Below are positions 31,084-41,870 of a DNA stretch of 64,000 bases, piece after piece (position 1 is the stretch's first letter; every line of letters starts with the position of its first letter). Position numbers and translations under genes: made by a program. Origin of the DNA: Christensenellaceae bacterium (lineage in GTDB: Bacteria > Bacillota > Clostridia > Christensenellales > DTU072); contig JAIRKT010000049.1 of NCBI GenBank assembly GCA_031259965.1, positions 1,991 to 65,990 on the forward strand. Reading direction: 5' to 3'. A model generated the notes under the pieces. It was not told where the DNA came from. It made no database searches and saw only the letters and a program-made list of their open reading frames with translations.

Positions 31084-31779
31084 ATGTCATTTCGCGAGGC
31101 AAAATCTAAAAATATTTCATTTGTGAACAGGTTTTTTGATCTACCAATTCACTTGCAGAAAAAAGCAGAAAAATCATGGGCTGGCGAATTCCGCACTCAC
31201 GTTTATGATCAGATAGACGAAAGCCTATTCAAAGACCTTTTTACAGATAACAAAGGCAGACCTTGCAATTCAATTAAATACATTTTTTGTGTTGAACTAT
31301 TAAAACAGAGTAACAACTTAACTGATGAAGAAGCAATTGATGCCATGTATTTAGATCCACGTTTTCAATACGCAGTCGATTCAACTAATGTAATAGAACA
31401 ACCATTAAGTGCAAATTCGCTGAACAGGTTTAGAAGAAAACTTCGTGGGTATGAAGAGAAAACAGGAATTGATTTAATAAAGCTGCAATACGACATTTTA
31501 ACAAAAAAATACATGGAAGCGACAAATACATCTGGGCTTGTACTTAGAATGGACAGCACATTGGTGTCTAATCGGTGTAAATATTTAGAACGTGCTAATT
31601 TAGCGAATAAAGTTACAAAGAACATGTGCAGGCAATTAATTAAAGACAAATACGAAACAGACAAAGCGTTAATAGATAAATATCACAAAGAGCCAAATAG
31701 CAGCGATAATTCTGAGACTAATGAACCAAACGAAGATATTAGCTACAGATTAAAACCATCTGATGTGAGTAAAAATTAA
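31084..31779 (+). mobile_element. Truncated transposase (IS1182/IS5-like N-terminus)
   Basis: F..LF.DNKGRP..LLKQ..NLTDEE..D.RFQYA..NSLNRFRR..RMDST; stops after the first catalytic Asp region. Confidence 0.8.
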
Positions 31780-32138
31780 ATGAAATTGCTTCCTGTTACT
31801 GATAAATTGTGAAACACCAAGAAATAGGTTAATAAAACTATCATTAATAAGACCAATGATAAATAACCTATACGAAAAAATTGTTTTAGCCTTTTCTGAC
31901 AATTGTTCATAAATAAATATTCTCCTTTTATTATTTGATTTTATAAACTCATCTAGCATATTATATGTCACCAGTGAGAATATGTCAAGCAAAAAAACAT
32001 TTTCTCCTAATTCCAAAAAAAATTCACAATTAATAATAAATTTTTGTTCCAAACGTGAGATCCACATAAGGAGCTGAAGTGGACATTACTATAAAAATTA
32101 ACTTCTTAAAAAAAATTTCAAATTCTGTAAAAAAACGC

Positions 32139-32166
32139 TTGACAAATATTTTTTTTGTGGTATAAT
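32139..32166 (+). promoter_or_regulatory. sigmaA promoter of hsp20
   Basis: TTGACA-16 nt-TATAAT with TGn extension. Confidence 0.8.
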
Positions 32167-32167
32167 A

Positions 32168-32194
32168 TTAGCAGTCAATAACTATGATTGCTAG
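32168..32194 (+). promoter_or_regulatory. CIRCE-like (HrcA) operator
   Basis: TTAGCAGTC-N9-GATTGCTAG versus consensus TTAGCACTC-N9-GAGTGCTAA, directly after the -10 box. Confidence 0.75.
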
Positions 32195-32249
32195 CAGTCG
32201 TAAACTTTATTGCAAAAATATTTTAGTTTCTAATTTGGAGGTAATAATA

Positions 32250-32675
32250 ATGATGAAAAGTATAGTACCAAGAAGGTTTAAGTTGGGCGGTGGTTTGTTA
32301 GACGGATTTGATAGTTTCTTCCGTCCTGTGTTTGAAGATAGCGAATTATATATGCGCTGTGATGTCAAGGAAGAAGGTAGTGACCATTTTTCCATAGAAG
32401 CAGAACTTCCAGGCGTTAAAAAAGAAGATATAGATGTGTCACTAAAAGATGGTTATCTAACCATAAGTGCTCAAAAAAAAGAGGCTGAAGAAGTGAGCAC
32501 AGATTCTTATATACGTCGTGAAATCAAATACGGATCAAGTTCAAGATCATTCTTTATAGGCTATAATGTCGATGAAACCGACATTGTGGCAGGTTTTGAG
32601 AATGGTATTTTAAAACTTAAATTCCCTCGTGATAAAGGTGGGAAAAATGATGGGAAAAGAATAGCTATTAATTAG
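32250..32675 (+). CDS. Hsp20/alpha-crystallin small heat shock protein
   Basis: AELPGVKKEDI, YIRRE..GSSSRSF, FENGILKL; SD GGAGG before ATG 32250. Confidence 0.92.
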   Translation: MMKSIVPRRFKLGGGLLDGFDSFFRPVFEDSELYMRCDVKEEGSDHFSIEAELPGVKKEDIDVSLKDGYLTISAQKKEAEEVSTDSYIRREIKYGSSSRSFFIGYNVDETDIVAGFENGILKLKFPRDKGGKNDGKRIAIN

Positions 32676-32722
32676 TTTTTCTCTTCCAGAAATACTCACC
32701 ACATTTTAAATTATCCTAAAAG

Positions 32723-32755
32723 AAATGCACCCAAGGTAAAACCTTGGGTGCATTT
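32723..32755. terminator. Bidirectional terminator
   Basis: 14-bp inverted repeat AAATGCACCCAAGG/CCTTGGGTGCATTT between convergent genes. Confidence 0.85.
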
Positions 32756-32798
32756 AACTATTCAATCATTCTTAACAAAATTTTAGTTTGATTCCATT

Positions 32799-34079
32799 TT
32801 AAACAGGAGAGGCTTCTTTCTCAGAATATACTTCTGGATGATTTTTAACCATAACATCCATAGCTTCTTCACATATCTCAAGTGTTTCATCAACTAGCTC
32901 GGGTGTCAGAGATAAGTTTATAAAATGGTTATGGTGGTTAGTCAGGAATGCACCTCTCAGAACGCATTCCGCAATCCATTCTTGATGGAGAAGAAGTGAA
33001 TTATCGTCTTTTATAAGAAGGTAAAACATTGCTGGTTCTCCTGAGACAGAGAGATTTACGTTTTTTGAGTTCGCAATTTTTTTCAGACCATCAGTTAATC
33101 TAAGTCCCAATGTGCGGAAGTAATTGCAAGCATCGGATCTCTTTAATTTATTAATGTTCGCTATCCCAGCTGCAAATGGCACTGCACTCATCCAATAACT
33201 TCCAGTATACATAATAGAACTAACAGCTGGCTTCACAAAATCCTTACCACATAGTGCAGAAATATTATATCCGTTTGCTATTGCTTTACAAAAACATATT
33301 AAATCAGCTTCAAAGCCATAATGTGCATCTGAACCCTGAATATTTAATCTAAATCCAGCGCGAATATCATCTATGATTAATACTATGCCATTTTCCGTAC
33401 AGAGGCGTCTCACTTCACTCCAATATCCTTCAGCTGGCAAAATATTATCTCTAAAATTACCATGCATGTATGGTGTGGCTATAAAACAGGCAATCTTTTC
33501 TTTCTGATCATTTATAACTTGTTTTAATTGTTCAATATTGTTAAAATCTACATATATCGAATTTCTACAATCCTCAGGCAATACACCAGGAGAATCGGGC
33601 TTTTGTGTCCATGGGGCAACACCATGATAGTAACCATTTACAAAAATAATTTTCTTTTTGCCAGTATGCGCACGTGCGGTCATTATTGCAAGTTGTGTTA
33701 CATCTCCACCATTTTTTGCGAAAAATGCCCAATCTTTTTTAACAGTGTCGGTTAACAATTCTGCAAAATCAACCATTATAGTGTTAGGTAGCGTAGTGCA
33801 ATTGCCTAAAATCATTTGTTTTTTAGCGGCTTCATCAATTTCAGGATCACAATATCCCGACACATTGGGCCCATATCCGCACATATAATCAATAAATCTG
33901 TTACCATCGGCATCCCACATTTCAGATCCCTTGGCTTTTGTAACAAAGAAAGGATATGCAGATGTTGGGATCATACAACCTTCTGCAGGGCCTAAATGTC
34001 CATACACACCACATGGTATTACTTTTGAGGCTCTATTCATAACCTCGTGATTTTTTGTATAAGAATAGGTTTCTTTCAT
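32799..34079 (-). CDS. Class III PLP aminotransferase (HemL/GSAM-like fold)
   Basis: WDADGNRFIDYMCGYGP, YHG, DDIRAGFR, FCKAIANG (PLP Lys). Confidence 0.85.
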   Translation of the reverse strand: MKETYSYTKNHEVMNRASKVIPCGVYGHLGPAEGCMIPTSAYPFFVTKAKGSEMWDADGNRFIDYMCGYGPNVSGYCDPEIDEAAKKQMILGNCTTLPNTIMVDFAELLTDTVKKDWAFFAKNGGDVTQLAIMTARAHTGKKKIIFVNGYYHGVAPWTQKPDSPGVLPEDCRNSIYVDFNNIEQLKQVINDQKEKIACFIATPYMHGNFRDNILPAEGYWSEVRRLCTENGIVLIIDDIRAGFRLNIQGSDAHYGFEADLICFCKAIANGYNISALCGKDFVKPAVSSIMYTGSYWMSAVPFAAGIANINKLKRSDACNYFRTLGLRLTDGLKKIANSKNVNLSVSGEPAMFYLLIKDDNSLLLHQEWIAECVLRGAFLTNHHNHFINLSLTPELVDETLEICEEAMDVMVKNHPEVYSEKEASPV

Positions 34080-34092
34080 TTATACTGGCCTC

Positions 34093-34884
34093 CTACGATA
34101 GATACTTTGGTACAATATTGAGAATCTTATTAAGATCCTCCAGCATTGGTATAAACCCTTTCATAACCAACTTCCCACTAGCAAGACATGACATAGCGTC
34201 TATTTCACCATTAATCAACAAACCTGCCGTTTCTAATGAATCAAAAATCATATATGCACGTGGTTTTTCGGATTTGGCAAATTTGCACGTCAGTTTCCCA
34301 TCAGCTTTTATAATTGTAGCAGCCGCTGCATCTTTGATTTCCATACTAATTTCACCCTCATGTATGCGTGCACCTGCTAATTTTCCAATTCTATCATGAT
34401 TGCCTACCTGTGCTAATGCAGCGGCCATAGCATAAAAAGCTAGTTTAATACCTAGTTCTTCTTCTTCTGTTCCATCTAGGCGTTTTCTAGAGCGCATTAT
34501 GCTAGCCATTTCGTTTGTTAAAACCATAAAAGGACTATCGGGTTTCCCCATGAACTTTAGTGTTTTAGATAATCCTTTTAAAGGTATAGGCATTGCTTTG
34601 TTTGCTATAACATCATTAAATTTTGCAGGAGAATTGCAATAAAGACGTATTGTAGGTTTTTTTGAGACGCCTCGAACATATTCAGATGCCCTAACGCTTC
34701 CCCCCTCTAATTCCAAAAGACCATCGGGACCATCCTTTACATTAAACCAGATAGATAGATCCGTTTGGCCAACTTGCTGCTGAGCCCATTCATCTAATTC
34801 GACAAACTTTTCAAGAGCACCAATTGCTGCATAAAAATTCACATAAGCCTGTGTCTTTATTGCGTTTGCTGCTTGTTGAGACAT
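34093..34884 (-). CDS. SCP2 (sterol-carrier/lipid-binding)-like domain protein
   Basis: C-terminal LINGEIDAMSCLASGKLVMKG pattern typical of SCP2 domains. Confidence 0.6.
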   Translation of the reverse strand: MSQQAANAIKTQAYVNFYAAIGALEKFVELDEWAQQQVGQTDLSIWFNVKDGPDGLLELEGGSVRASEYVRGVSKKPTIRLYCNSPAKFNDVIANKAMPIPLKGLSKTLKFMGKPDSPFMVLTNEMASIMRSRKRLDGTEEEELGIKLAFYAMAAALAQVGNHDRIGKLAGARIHEGEISMEIKDAAAATIIKADGKLTCKFAKSEKPRAYMIFDSLETAGLLINGEIDAMSCLASGKLVMKGFIPMLEDLNKILNIVPKYLS

Positions 34885-35056
34885 TTATTACCTCCATATG
34901 TTTTGCTATTTATGTAAAAAACTATTAAAATTGTGTTTTTTTTACTAGAATCAGATTGTTTAATTACTAAAGTTTCTAATTTAGTTTAAACAGCCATAAA
35001 TATTTCTATCCATTATAACAAATAATTATGATAAATGCAACCTTTATTAACACATT

Positions 35057-38000
35057 TTAATCGTATTTTAATCGTTCTTTTCCGTTCTTAGCTGGGTTTG
35101 ACCTCGGGCTAGGATTGCCCTTGGGTACCGCGCCTAGGCCGCGTTTGACGAGAGAATTCTTGTAATTTTTATCATACTTTTTAACAAACGCCCTTTGTCT
35201 CAATCCTACAACAATTAAGACAACAAGTGCTAGTCCAAACAATCCAGCTGCAACATAAGTTATATATGTTAACATAACGTAATCAATTGGTATATCTAAA
35301 ATGGTAATTACATTTTCTTCTTCTGGGGCGACCGTAACATCAGCATGTACTGCTAAGATGTATGTATCTAAAGATTTAGAAGAGAAAGTAATTGTAGATC
35401 CAAATGCATCTATCGTAATGTTGTCTATTGGTGATGCAGTACCATCGGAACTCAATCTATATACGCCAAACTTTATATATTCTTTATATTCATCAGGTAT
35501 ATTCAAACTGATTTCAATATCGCCAGTGTTAAACTGTGCGCCTAAATCAGATAACATTAATTTTTTTACATATATTACAGCACGTGGGGAAGTGCTTGGC
35601 ATGGCGGATAATAGCATTTTTTGTGCGTTTAAGACGTATTCAGAAGTATTGTCATATTCTAAAATTTCTAGTGCTATGCCTGGAGACAAATTGTCACCAC
35701 TTATCTTAACGCCAGATGCATCATCCTGGAGCAACAACAATTCACACCTGCGCTTCAATTCAAGTAATTTAGTATATAATGCTGTGTCAAAAACACCTTT
35801 TTGTGTTGTTGCAAGATTGGTATATACATTATATGATCTCAAAATATTAGTATAATTATCTTTTTCTACAACATTAACTGCAGGCAGGGATCTAACTTCA
35901 CTTTCCAAATTTTCAACAGCTTCCATTAATACTCTCAGTTTATTATACTCTGTTAACAGTTTTGCATATGCAGCAGTATAATTTGGTCCAGCTTTAATTT
36001 CATTTTGTTGCCACTCAGGATATCTTATCGTTTGATCTGGCGAAATAAAAAGTATAATGTACGAATACATCTTCTCATAATCCTGAGATAGTGAAAACTG
36101 AGTTTTTACAGTAATGTCATCTAAATAGGCTTTGTATAAGTCAACTTCCTTCTGCAATGTGCTCAACCTGTCTTGTAGTTCAATGATGCGACTGTTAAAA
36201 TATGCCTTCCTAGGCGCATCTGTTAGTGCTCCTGATTCAACCGCTTGATCAAAATGAGATTTAAAAGTAGCGAGCAATTCTTTGTGTTCATTACTAAGAG
36301 TTATTGTATTAACTGTTAATTCAAACACTGTCATATAAAAAACAAGTTCAGCCTTATTCCCAGCTAAATCCTCTACAACTATATGCACATAGCCACCATT
36401 GCTGTTGTCTACTGTGTTAGTACCAATTGTTGCACCATTAATCAATGGAAAGCCATTATAATAGGCAGATTTTAAATTATTTTCTGTGTATGTTATTGTT
36501 TGATCTATGTAATACTTAAATGGATTATCATAGTTTATTATTTCTTTGTTATCAACCCAAGAGGAATTATTCTGAATTATACCAGAATGTATTATGGGAG
36601 GTGTAAAATCAATATTCACATCAAATTGTTGACTGTATTCCAAACCTGCAGTGTTCTTTGCAATAATGACTACTTTCGAGATTTCCTGTATAGACAAACT
36701 ACCATCAAAGGATAACCTGTTATCTGGATTTGTAGTAAGATAATATTGATATGTTACTACAAGAGGATCTTTTGGAATTTGTGTTAGTTTTGCCATTAAT
36801 GTAACGCTTTTTGATCTTGTCCACTCCCCAGATGCGAGATACTGCGAATCAGCAGAACCCTCAGGGATTACCCAAGCATTTATCTCAAATACTGGAATAA
36901 TTCTATCTATTTGTATAGTTATCGTTGTCACGGACTCTTTTGCAGATCCCCTAACTATTGCTTTAACTTTAATAACAAAAATACCATTTACATCGTTTGA
37001 AGTTATAAGTTCATCTAATGAAAAATACTTACCACCTCCAGGTAATGGTGAAAATTCAGTGTTGTTCTCACCAATAGCATACTTGTATATTACACCACTT
37101 GGATTTATAACTTTATCCCCTGCTACAGGATTCTTGCCTTCTGTTGTGATTGTAGGATCTACAGGAACAATTTTTAAATACACTTCCTTTGAGAGCCAAT
37201 TCGTGGTGGTATCAGTAACACCACTCAGAGCGGTTGTAACCACCTTATCCTCTTGTAAAGCTTCTATATTAAATTTTGGAATAAGAACATCGATTTTAAC
37301 TCTAACTATTCCCCCGCTATTACCAAAATCGACAGTTAATCCCCCCAATGTTTTGACACTAAACACTACCATGGCATCATAATTGCCTACATAAATGTAC
37401 TGCCCACTGTTAGAATCTAAACCCGCTTTTTCACCAAAATTTAATTCACCACAGAATATAACTGTTAGTGAAGCTACGCCATATGCTGTTGCTTGTATTG
37501 GACTATCAGAATTAATATATATAGATTCATTACCTAGTTTAAATTCAAAAAAAACAGCAGACTCACTATAAATGTTGGTTATTGTAAGTGATATTACTAC
37601 TCTGTCCGTCCAATTATATTCATATATCCCTGCTGAATTCTTAGCCGCTCCTACTGGATACATAGTGCCCTTAGGTATGGAATTTTCATTGTATAAAGTA
37701 ATTTTAATTATATTTGATTGGTTTGTTGATTCACTTATCGCACACAAATATCCACTAGCCACGAGACTTGTGCTGGCACTTATTTTGTGTTTATCCAAAA
37801 AATCATCACGACTTGGCTTATTTCCTGGTCCTGCCACATCTTCAGCCTCTGAATATGACATCATATAATAAATTATGGGCGCAAAGTTTTTAAACACTGA
37901 ATCCGTTGGAACTGAAATAAGATTATTTTGCTCAGTGTTTGAATATATTTGCCAAACTTCTTTGGAAATTTCCAGCATTCCAAATGATGTAGGTATGACA

Positions 38001-40903
38001 TTAAGTGGATTAGGATTAGACTCTTGATCATCTACTATATTAATCTTTAGAGCAATTCCAGCTAATTCATTGCTAATTGCATTTGCGTAACTAATAGCTC
38101 TAAAGTACATAGTACCAGAAAAACCATAGCCTATTGATCTTCCATTATATATATATTCAAATCCACCAAAATTAAAGCTCTTTGTATAAGCTCCATTATC
38201 CACACTAATGTCACCATTTATCGTATTCCAATCGGTGGATGTGCCATCATCTGAATGTGTTCTATATTGATATTCTTTAATATTTACCGTAGATCTTAAG
38301 ACAAAAATAACAGGAGCAGTCGACCAACTTTGATCGATTATGTATGACGCCTCTATTGTAAAACTATTTATGTCATACTTCACTTTTAATATATGTGTTG
38401 GTGTTTTTTTGCGAGATCCATTAGAATCAACAGCTTTTGATTCTAGATAGAATGCACATTGAATGATTCCAGTTGCACTTACTTGATTTGACAAAACATC
38501 GATTAACAGCTCTTCCGAATCTATCCATATATATGCAGAGTCAGCAGGATTTGCCGTGGTAAATATCTGATAATAAATATTAAAATGACCATCATGCGTG
38601 CTATCAAACTTTAATACTACATTGCTTGAAACTGTTTGTTTAACTTCATGAGTAGTATTAACCGTGTTATCTACGAATTCTAGTAATATTTCGTCGTAAT
38701 TATTCCCTACAGAAAAGCCAGTATATGCAAATACCTGGTTTAACACAATTTCAGTCTGATCAATATTAACCTTCACAACATAATCAGTTATTAGCCCGGA
38801 CCCAGTTTCTAGTCGAAAATGATACTCACCTGATGCAGTAACATCTCTTAGAAATTGATTATTTGTATAAGTAAGTGGCTGCGTTGGGACTCCGTTTAAT
38901 AATGGATAACAATTAATTCCTGACAAATTGCCCGAATTTGGTGTTATATAAATTGTCACCTTTCCATAGGCCCAACCATCATCCTCTATTGTTTGATTAC
39001 TATTGGTGAGCCTGCGTTCAATTAATGCAGTAGGTTCCTTTAAATCAAGCCAAATCTGTTCGCTTGTATCCACATAACTAGTATTGAGCGCTTTATTAGT
39101 AGCAGTAAATCTCAATACCTGTTTGTTTATCGAATCGGTTATTTTAACATTATATATACTAAATCCAGTGCTAGAATCATACCGCACGTATTCAACATCG
39201 TTCAATGGTATTGGTTGTTGTGAACCAGCTGCTGCATATGAAAAATCAAATTCGAAACTTACACCCATAACAGCCTGAACTTTGAGTGATACAACAATTG
39301 CAGTATTACCCCAACCATTAATTTTCTCAAATTCAATAGGCTCATTAAAATCTACAGAGAATGTTGAGGGAACAACTGATACAGTGAACTTAACCTCACT
39401 TTTTAAGCCAGCACCAGAAATCGCTCTAAAAATATATGTGCGCGATATTTTAGAACTATCATAATTAAAGTTCTTTTCATAAGGTGTGGTTTGTGAAGAA
39501 TCCAAATATTCAATAGTAGTTGTGTCGGGATTCTCAGTTATATCCGCATAAGCAAAGGTAACTGGCGAAGTGTTGCTTGCAATATTTACGCCTGTAAAAA
39601 ATATGTAATCACTTGCATATCCCGTTTTGTAATCGCTAGCAGTTGGAGAACCTTCTGTTTTTACTTCACTTCCTGTCGAATCCTGAGCTTTTAGTGAGAG
39701 AATAGGTGTTACTTTGTCTATTCTAGTAATCCAATTATTCTCATCAGGTTGGAATTCCATACCCGCTTCACTCACAGCCTTAAACGATAAATTCAACTTT
39801 GTAGACGTTATGTCAATATAGCCCGAAGTGTCCGATAAAGGTTGCAGTGGAAGCCACAAATTTGCGGCAAGCGGATTTTCAGTGTAATAGAAAGCTGCAT
39901 TTGAACCATAAGTGCTCTCTGTCATCTCAGAGTTTAATACATAACGCACATCATATGGTGACCATGAACCAATAGTATAATTATCACCTATAGTTCCTGT
40001 TTGTTTCGTTGCACTAACAGAAAAAGCTGGTTGTCTAGTATCTATTCTAATATTAAAAACTTGACTATGTTGATATTTAGTATTTGTAGATCCATCTGTC
40101 GCGACAAAACGTACTCTACCTGAATAAGCACCAAAATATGGGCTTTCACTTAGGGATGTGGCATCTATCTCTACTGTTAATTGTAAACCTGTGCCATTCA
40201 ATGGTATTTCTTTGCCATCTTCTAAATAGTACCATGCACTGCCAGTCGCATTATCAGATCTGGTTACAGTTAATCTTAGTGATGTAGAAACCCATGGAGC
40301 CAAAGTTGCAAAAGCATCATATGAAACATACTGCCCTGTGGAATTTTTTTGTTCTATTAATACGGATTTTATTTGACTATTAATAGGGGGAGCAGTGTCA
40401 ATTATAAGGTTTATAAATCTAGGATCTTTATAATAATACGTTACATCAGACGTAGAATACTTTGTTTGAAAAAATATATACTTATTATATGTTGTTTGTT
40501 CTTCGGCAACAAAAGTGATGCTATTAATTGTTAAAGTTGGTTTAATTCCGACAGATGAAAAAAGTGCATTGGCTTTTGTCCATTGATCATTTTCATCTGG
40601 AACATTTAATGTGTCCTTTGCACAATACCACAGCTCAGTGTTATTTGGAATTGGATCGTTACCACTCAATGTGATTTCAATGGTAGGTGCTTTTGTTTGT
40701 TCCACAATAGTTCCACTTACATAACTTCCTGTACTAATATCAAAAGCCAAATATCTATTTACAATATCTGTGCTCGCTTCCTGTTCAGATGCCGCATAAA
40801 CAAAACCATTTCGGAATATTGCACAAATGAAAATTAATACTAGAGCTAACAACAGCAAGAAAATGGTACTTATAAATTTAATTTTAGATGTGGATAGCCG
40901 CAT
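35057..40903 (-). CDS. Giant secreted protein with Ig-like repeats, coiled region and C-terminal TM anchor
   Basis: Signal peptide (VYA); recurring F.A.S.AG..V.ID...P units; C-terminal TM helix and basic tail. Confidence 0.7.
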   Translation of the reverse strand: MRLSTSKIKFISTIFLLLLALVLIFICAIFRNGFVYAASEQEASTDIVNRYLAFDISTGSYVSGTIVEQTKAPTIEITLSGNDPIPNNTELWYCAKDTLNVPDENDQWTKANALFSSVGIKPTLTINSITFVAEEQTTYNKYIFFQTKYSTSDVTYYYKDPRFINLIIDTAPPINSQIKSVLIEQKNSTGQYVSYDAFATLAPWVSTSLRLTVTRSDNATGSAWYYLEDGKEIPLNGTGLQLTVEIDATSLSESPYFGAYSGRVRFVATDGSTNTKYQHSQVFNIRIDTRQPAFSVSATKQTGTIGDNYTIGSWSPYDVRYVLNSEMTESTYGSNAAFYYTENPLAANLWLPLQPLSDTSGYIDITSTKLNLSFKAVSEAGMEFQPDENNWITRIDKVTPILSLKAQDSTGSEVKTEGSPTASDYKTGYASDYIFFTGVNIASNTSPVTFAYADITENPDTTTIEYLDSSQTTPYEKNFNYDSSKISRTYIFRAISGAGLKSEVKFTVSVVPSTFSVDFNEPIEFEKINGWGNTAIVVSLKVQAVMGVSFEFDFSYAAAGSQQPIPLNDVEYVRYDSSTGFSIYNVKITDSINKQVLRFTATNKALNTSYVDTSEQIWLDLKEPTALIERRLTNSNQTIEDDGWAYGKVTIYITPNSGNLSGINCYPLLNGVPTQPLTYTNNQFLRDVTASGEYHFRLETGSGLITDYVVKVNIDQTEIVLNQVFAYTGFSVGNNYDEILLEFVDNTVNTTHEVKQTVSSNVVLKFDSTHDGHFNIYYQIFTTANPADSAYIWIDSEELLIDVLSNQVSATGIIQCAFYLESKAVDSNGSRKKTPTHILKVKYDINSFTIEASYIIDQSWSTAPVIFVLRSTVNIKEYQYRTHSDDGTSTDWNTINGDISVDNGAYTKSFNFGGFEYIYNGRSIGYGFSGTMYFRAISYANAISNELAGIALKINIVDDQESNPNPLNVIPTSFGMLEISKEVWQIYSNTEQNNLISVPTDSVFKNFAPIIYYMMSYSEAEDVAGPGNKPSRDDFLDKHKISASTSLVASGYLCAISESTNQSNIIKITLYNENSIPKGTMYPVGAAKNSAGIYEYNWTDRVVISLTITNIYSESAVFFEFKLGNESIYINSDSPIQATAYGVASLTVIFCGELNFGEKAGLDSNSGQYIYVGNYDAMVVFSVKTLGGLTVDFGNSGGIVRVKIDVLIPKFNIEALQEDKVVTTALSGVTDTTTNWLSKEVYLKIVPVDPTITTEGKNPVAGDKVINPSGVIYKYAIGENNTEFSPLPGGGKYFSLDELITSNDVNGIFVIKVKAIVRGSAKESVTTITIQIDRIIPVFEINAWVIPEGSADSQYLASGEWTRSKSVTLMAKLTQIPKDPLVVTYQYYLTTNPDNRLSFDGSLSIQEISKVVIIAKNTAGLEYSQQFDVNIDFTPPIIHSGIIQNNSSWVDNKEIINYDNPFKYYIDQTITYTENNLKSAYYNGFPLINGATIGTNTVDNSNGGYVHIVVEDLAGNKAELVFYMTVFELTVNTITLSNEHKELLATFKSHFDQAVESGALTDAPRKAYFNSRIIELQDRLSTLQKEVDLYKAYLDDITVKTQFSLSQDYEKMYSYIILFISPDQTIRYPEWQQNEIKAGPNYTAAYAKLLTEYNKLRVLMEAVENLESEVRSLPAVNVVEKDNYTNILRSYNVYTNLATTQKGVFDTALYTKLLELKRRCELLLLQDDASGVKISGDNLSPGIALEILEYDNTSEYVLNAQKMLLSAMPSTSPRAVIYVKKLMLSDLGAQFNTGDIEISLNIPDEYKEYIKFGVYRLSSDGTASPIDNITIDAFGSTITFSSKSLDTYILAVHADVTVAPEEENVITILDIPIDYVMLTYITYVAAGLFGLALVVLIVVGLRQRAFVKKYDKNYKNSLVKRGLGAVPKGNPSPRSNPAKNGKERLKYD

Positions 40904-41117
40904 TTGACTACTACTCCTTTGTTGCTTAGTAGGATCACTTAGTGAATTTTGATTCTCTCATCTAAAAGAAAACGAGAAATACGTAGCTTTAATAATAACA
41001 CAAAATAAAAAAAATTTCAATAGTTATAGACACTTTGACTCTTTAAAATAAGCAATAATATCTTTAAATTGCAACATTCACAGCAAAAACTATTTAATAA
41101 CTATATTGTTAATTGTC

Positions 41118-41597
41118 TTAATCTATGTCGTCATTAAGTTCGTCATCTGTCAAATCAATATCCTCATCATCAGTGAAATCGCTCATGTCTAGTTCTAATA
41201 TCTCATCCGCAAATGCATCAGGACTCTTTAATTCTTCATCTGCAGAATCGTCACTCTCCCATTCCTCATCACCAACTAAACCTTCAAGCGATACTTCATC
41301 AGGTTCGAAAATCTCTTCATCATCAACAATGACATCTGTTACTTCGTCCTCAGACCAATCTATATCACCAACTGCACTGCCTTTTAGTTTGCTTAATTCT
41401 AATAAGCAACTCTCACAATATCTATCGCCTTCAACTATATAATTTTGATGGCATTTAGGGCACAGTTCTAATTCTTCATCCTCTACTTCAACATTTAAAA
41501 CCTGTCCACTCATTTCCGCCAAACAAATATCACAATAATCACTATCGTCTGTAATGTAATTCACTTCACATCGCAAACATTTTCTGTACTTTACCAT
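41118..41597 (-). CDS. Small protein with duplicated Cys4 Zn-ribbon and acidic tail
   Basis: Two CxxCxxNYIx5YCxxC units; Asp/Glu-rich C-terminus. Confidence 0.75.
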   Translation of the reverse strand: MVKYRKCLRCEVNYITDDSDYCDICLAEMSGQVLNVEVEDEELELCPKCHQNYIVEGDRYCESCLLELSKLKGSAVGDIDWSEDEVTDVIVDDEEIFEPDEVSLEGLVGDEEWESDDSADEELKSPDAFADEILELDMSDFTDDEDIDLTDDELNDDID

Positions 41598-41870
41598 GAG
41601 ACCACCCTCATAAATATTTTGTGTATATATTATATTTACACACTCGCATAAAGTAAACTATTTTATAGGCGTTTTTTATAAAAAAATTAACTTATTTCTC
41701 TATAATCGTGTTTTTAACGAATTTGTAACTACAATAAAATCTTCCTTTCAAATTTCGCATATATAATTGACAAAACATTCAATGTCTAGTTTGTTTTGCC
41801 AGCTAAACATTGAATGCGTTTATTCATTCAAAAAAAATTTTTAGATCATATGGACTCTATGAAGATTTTA

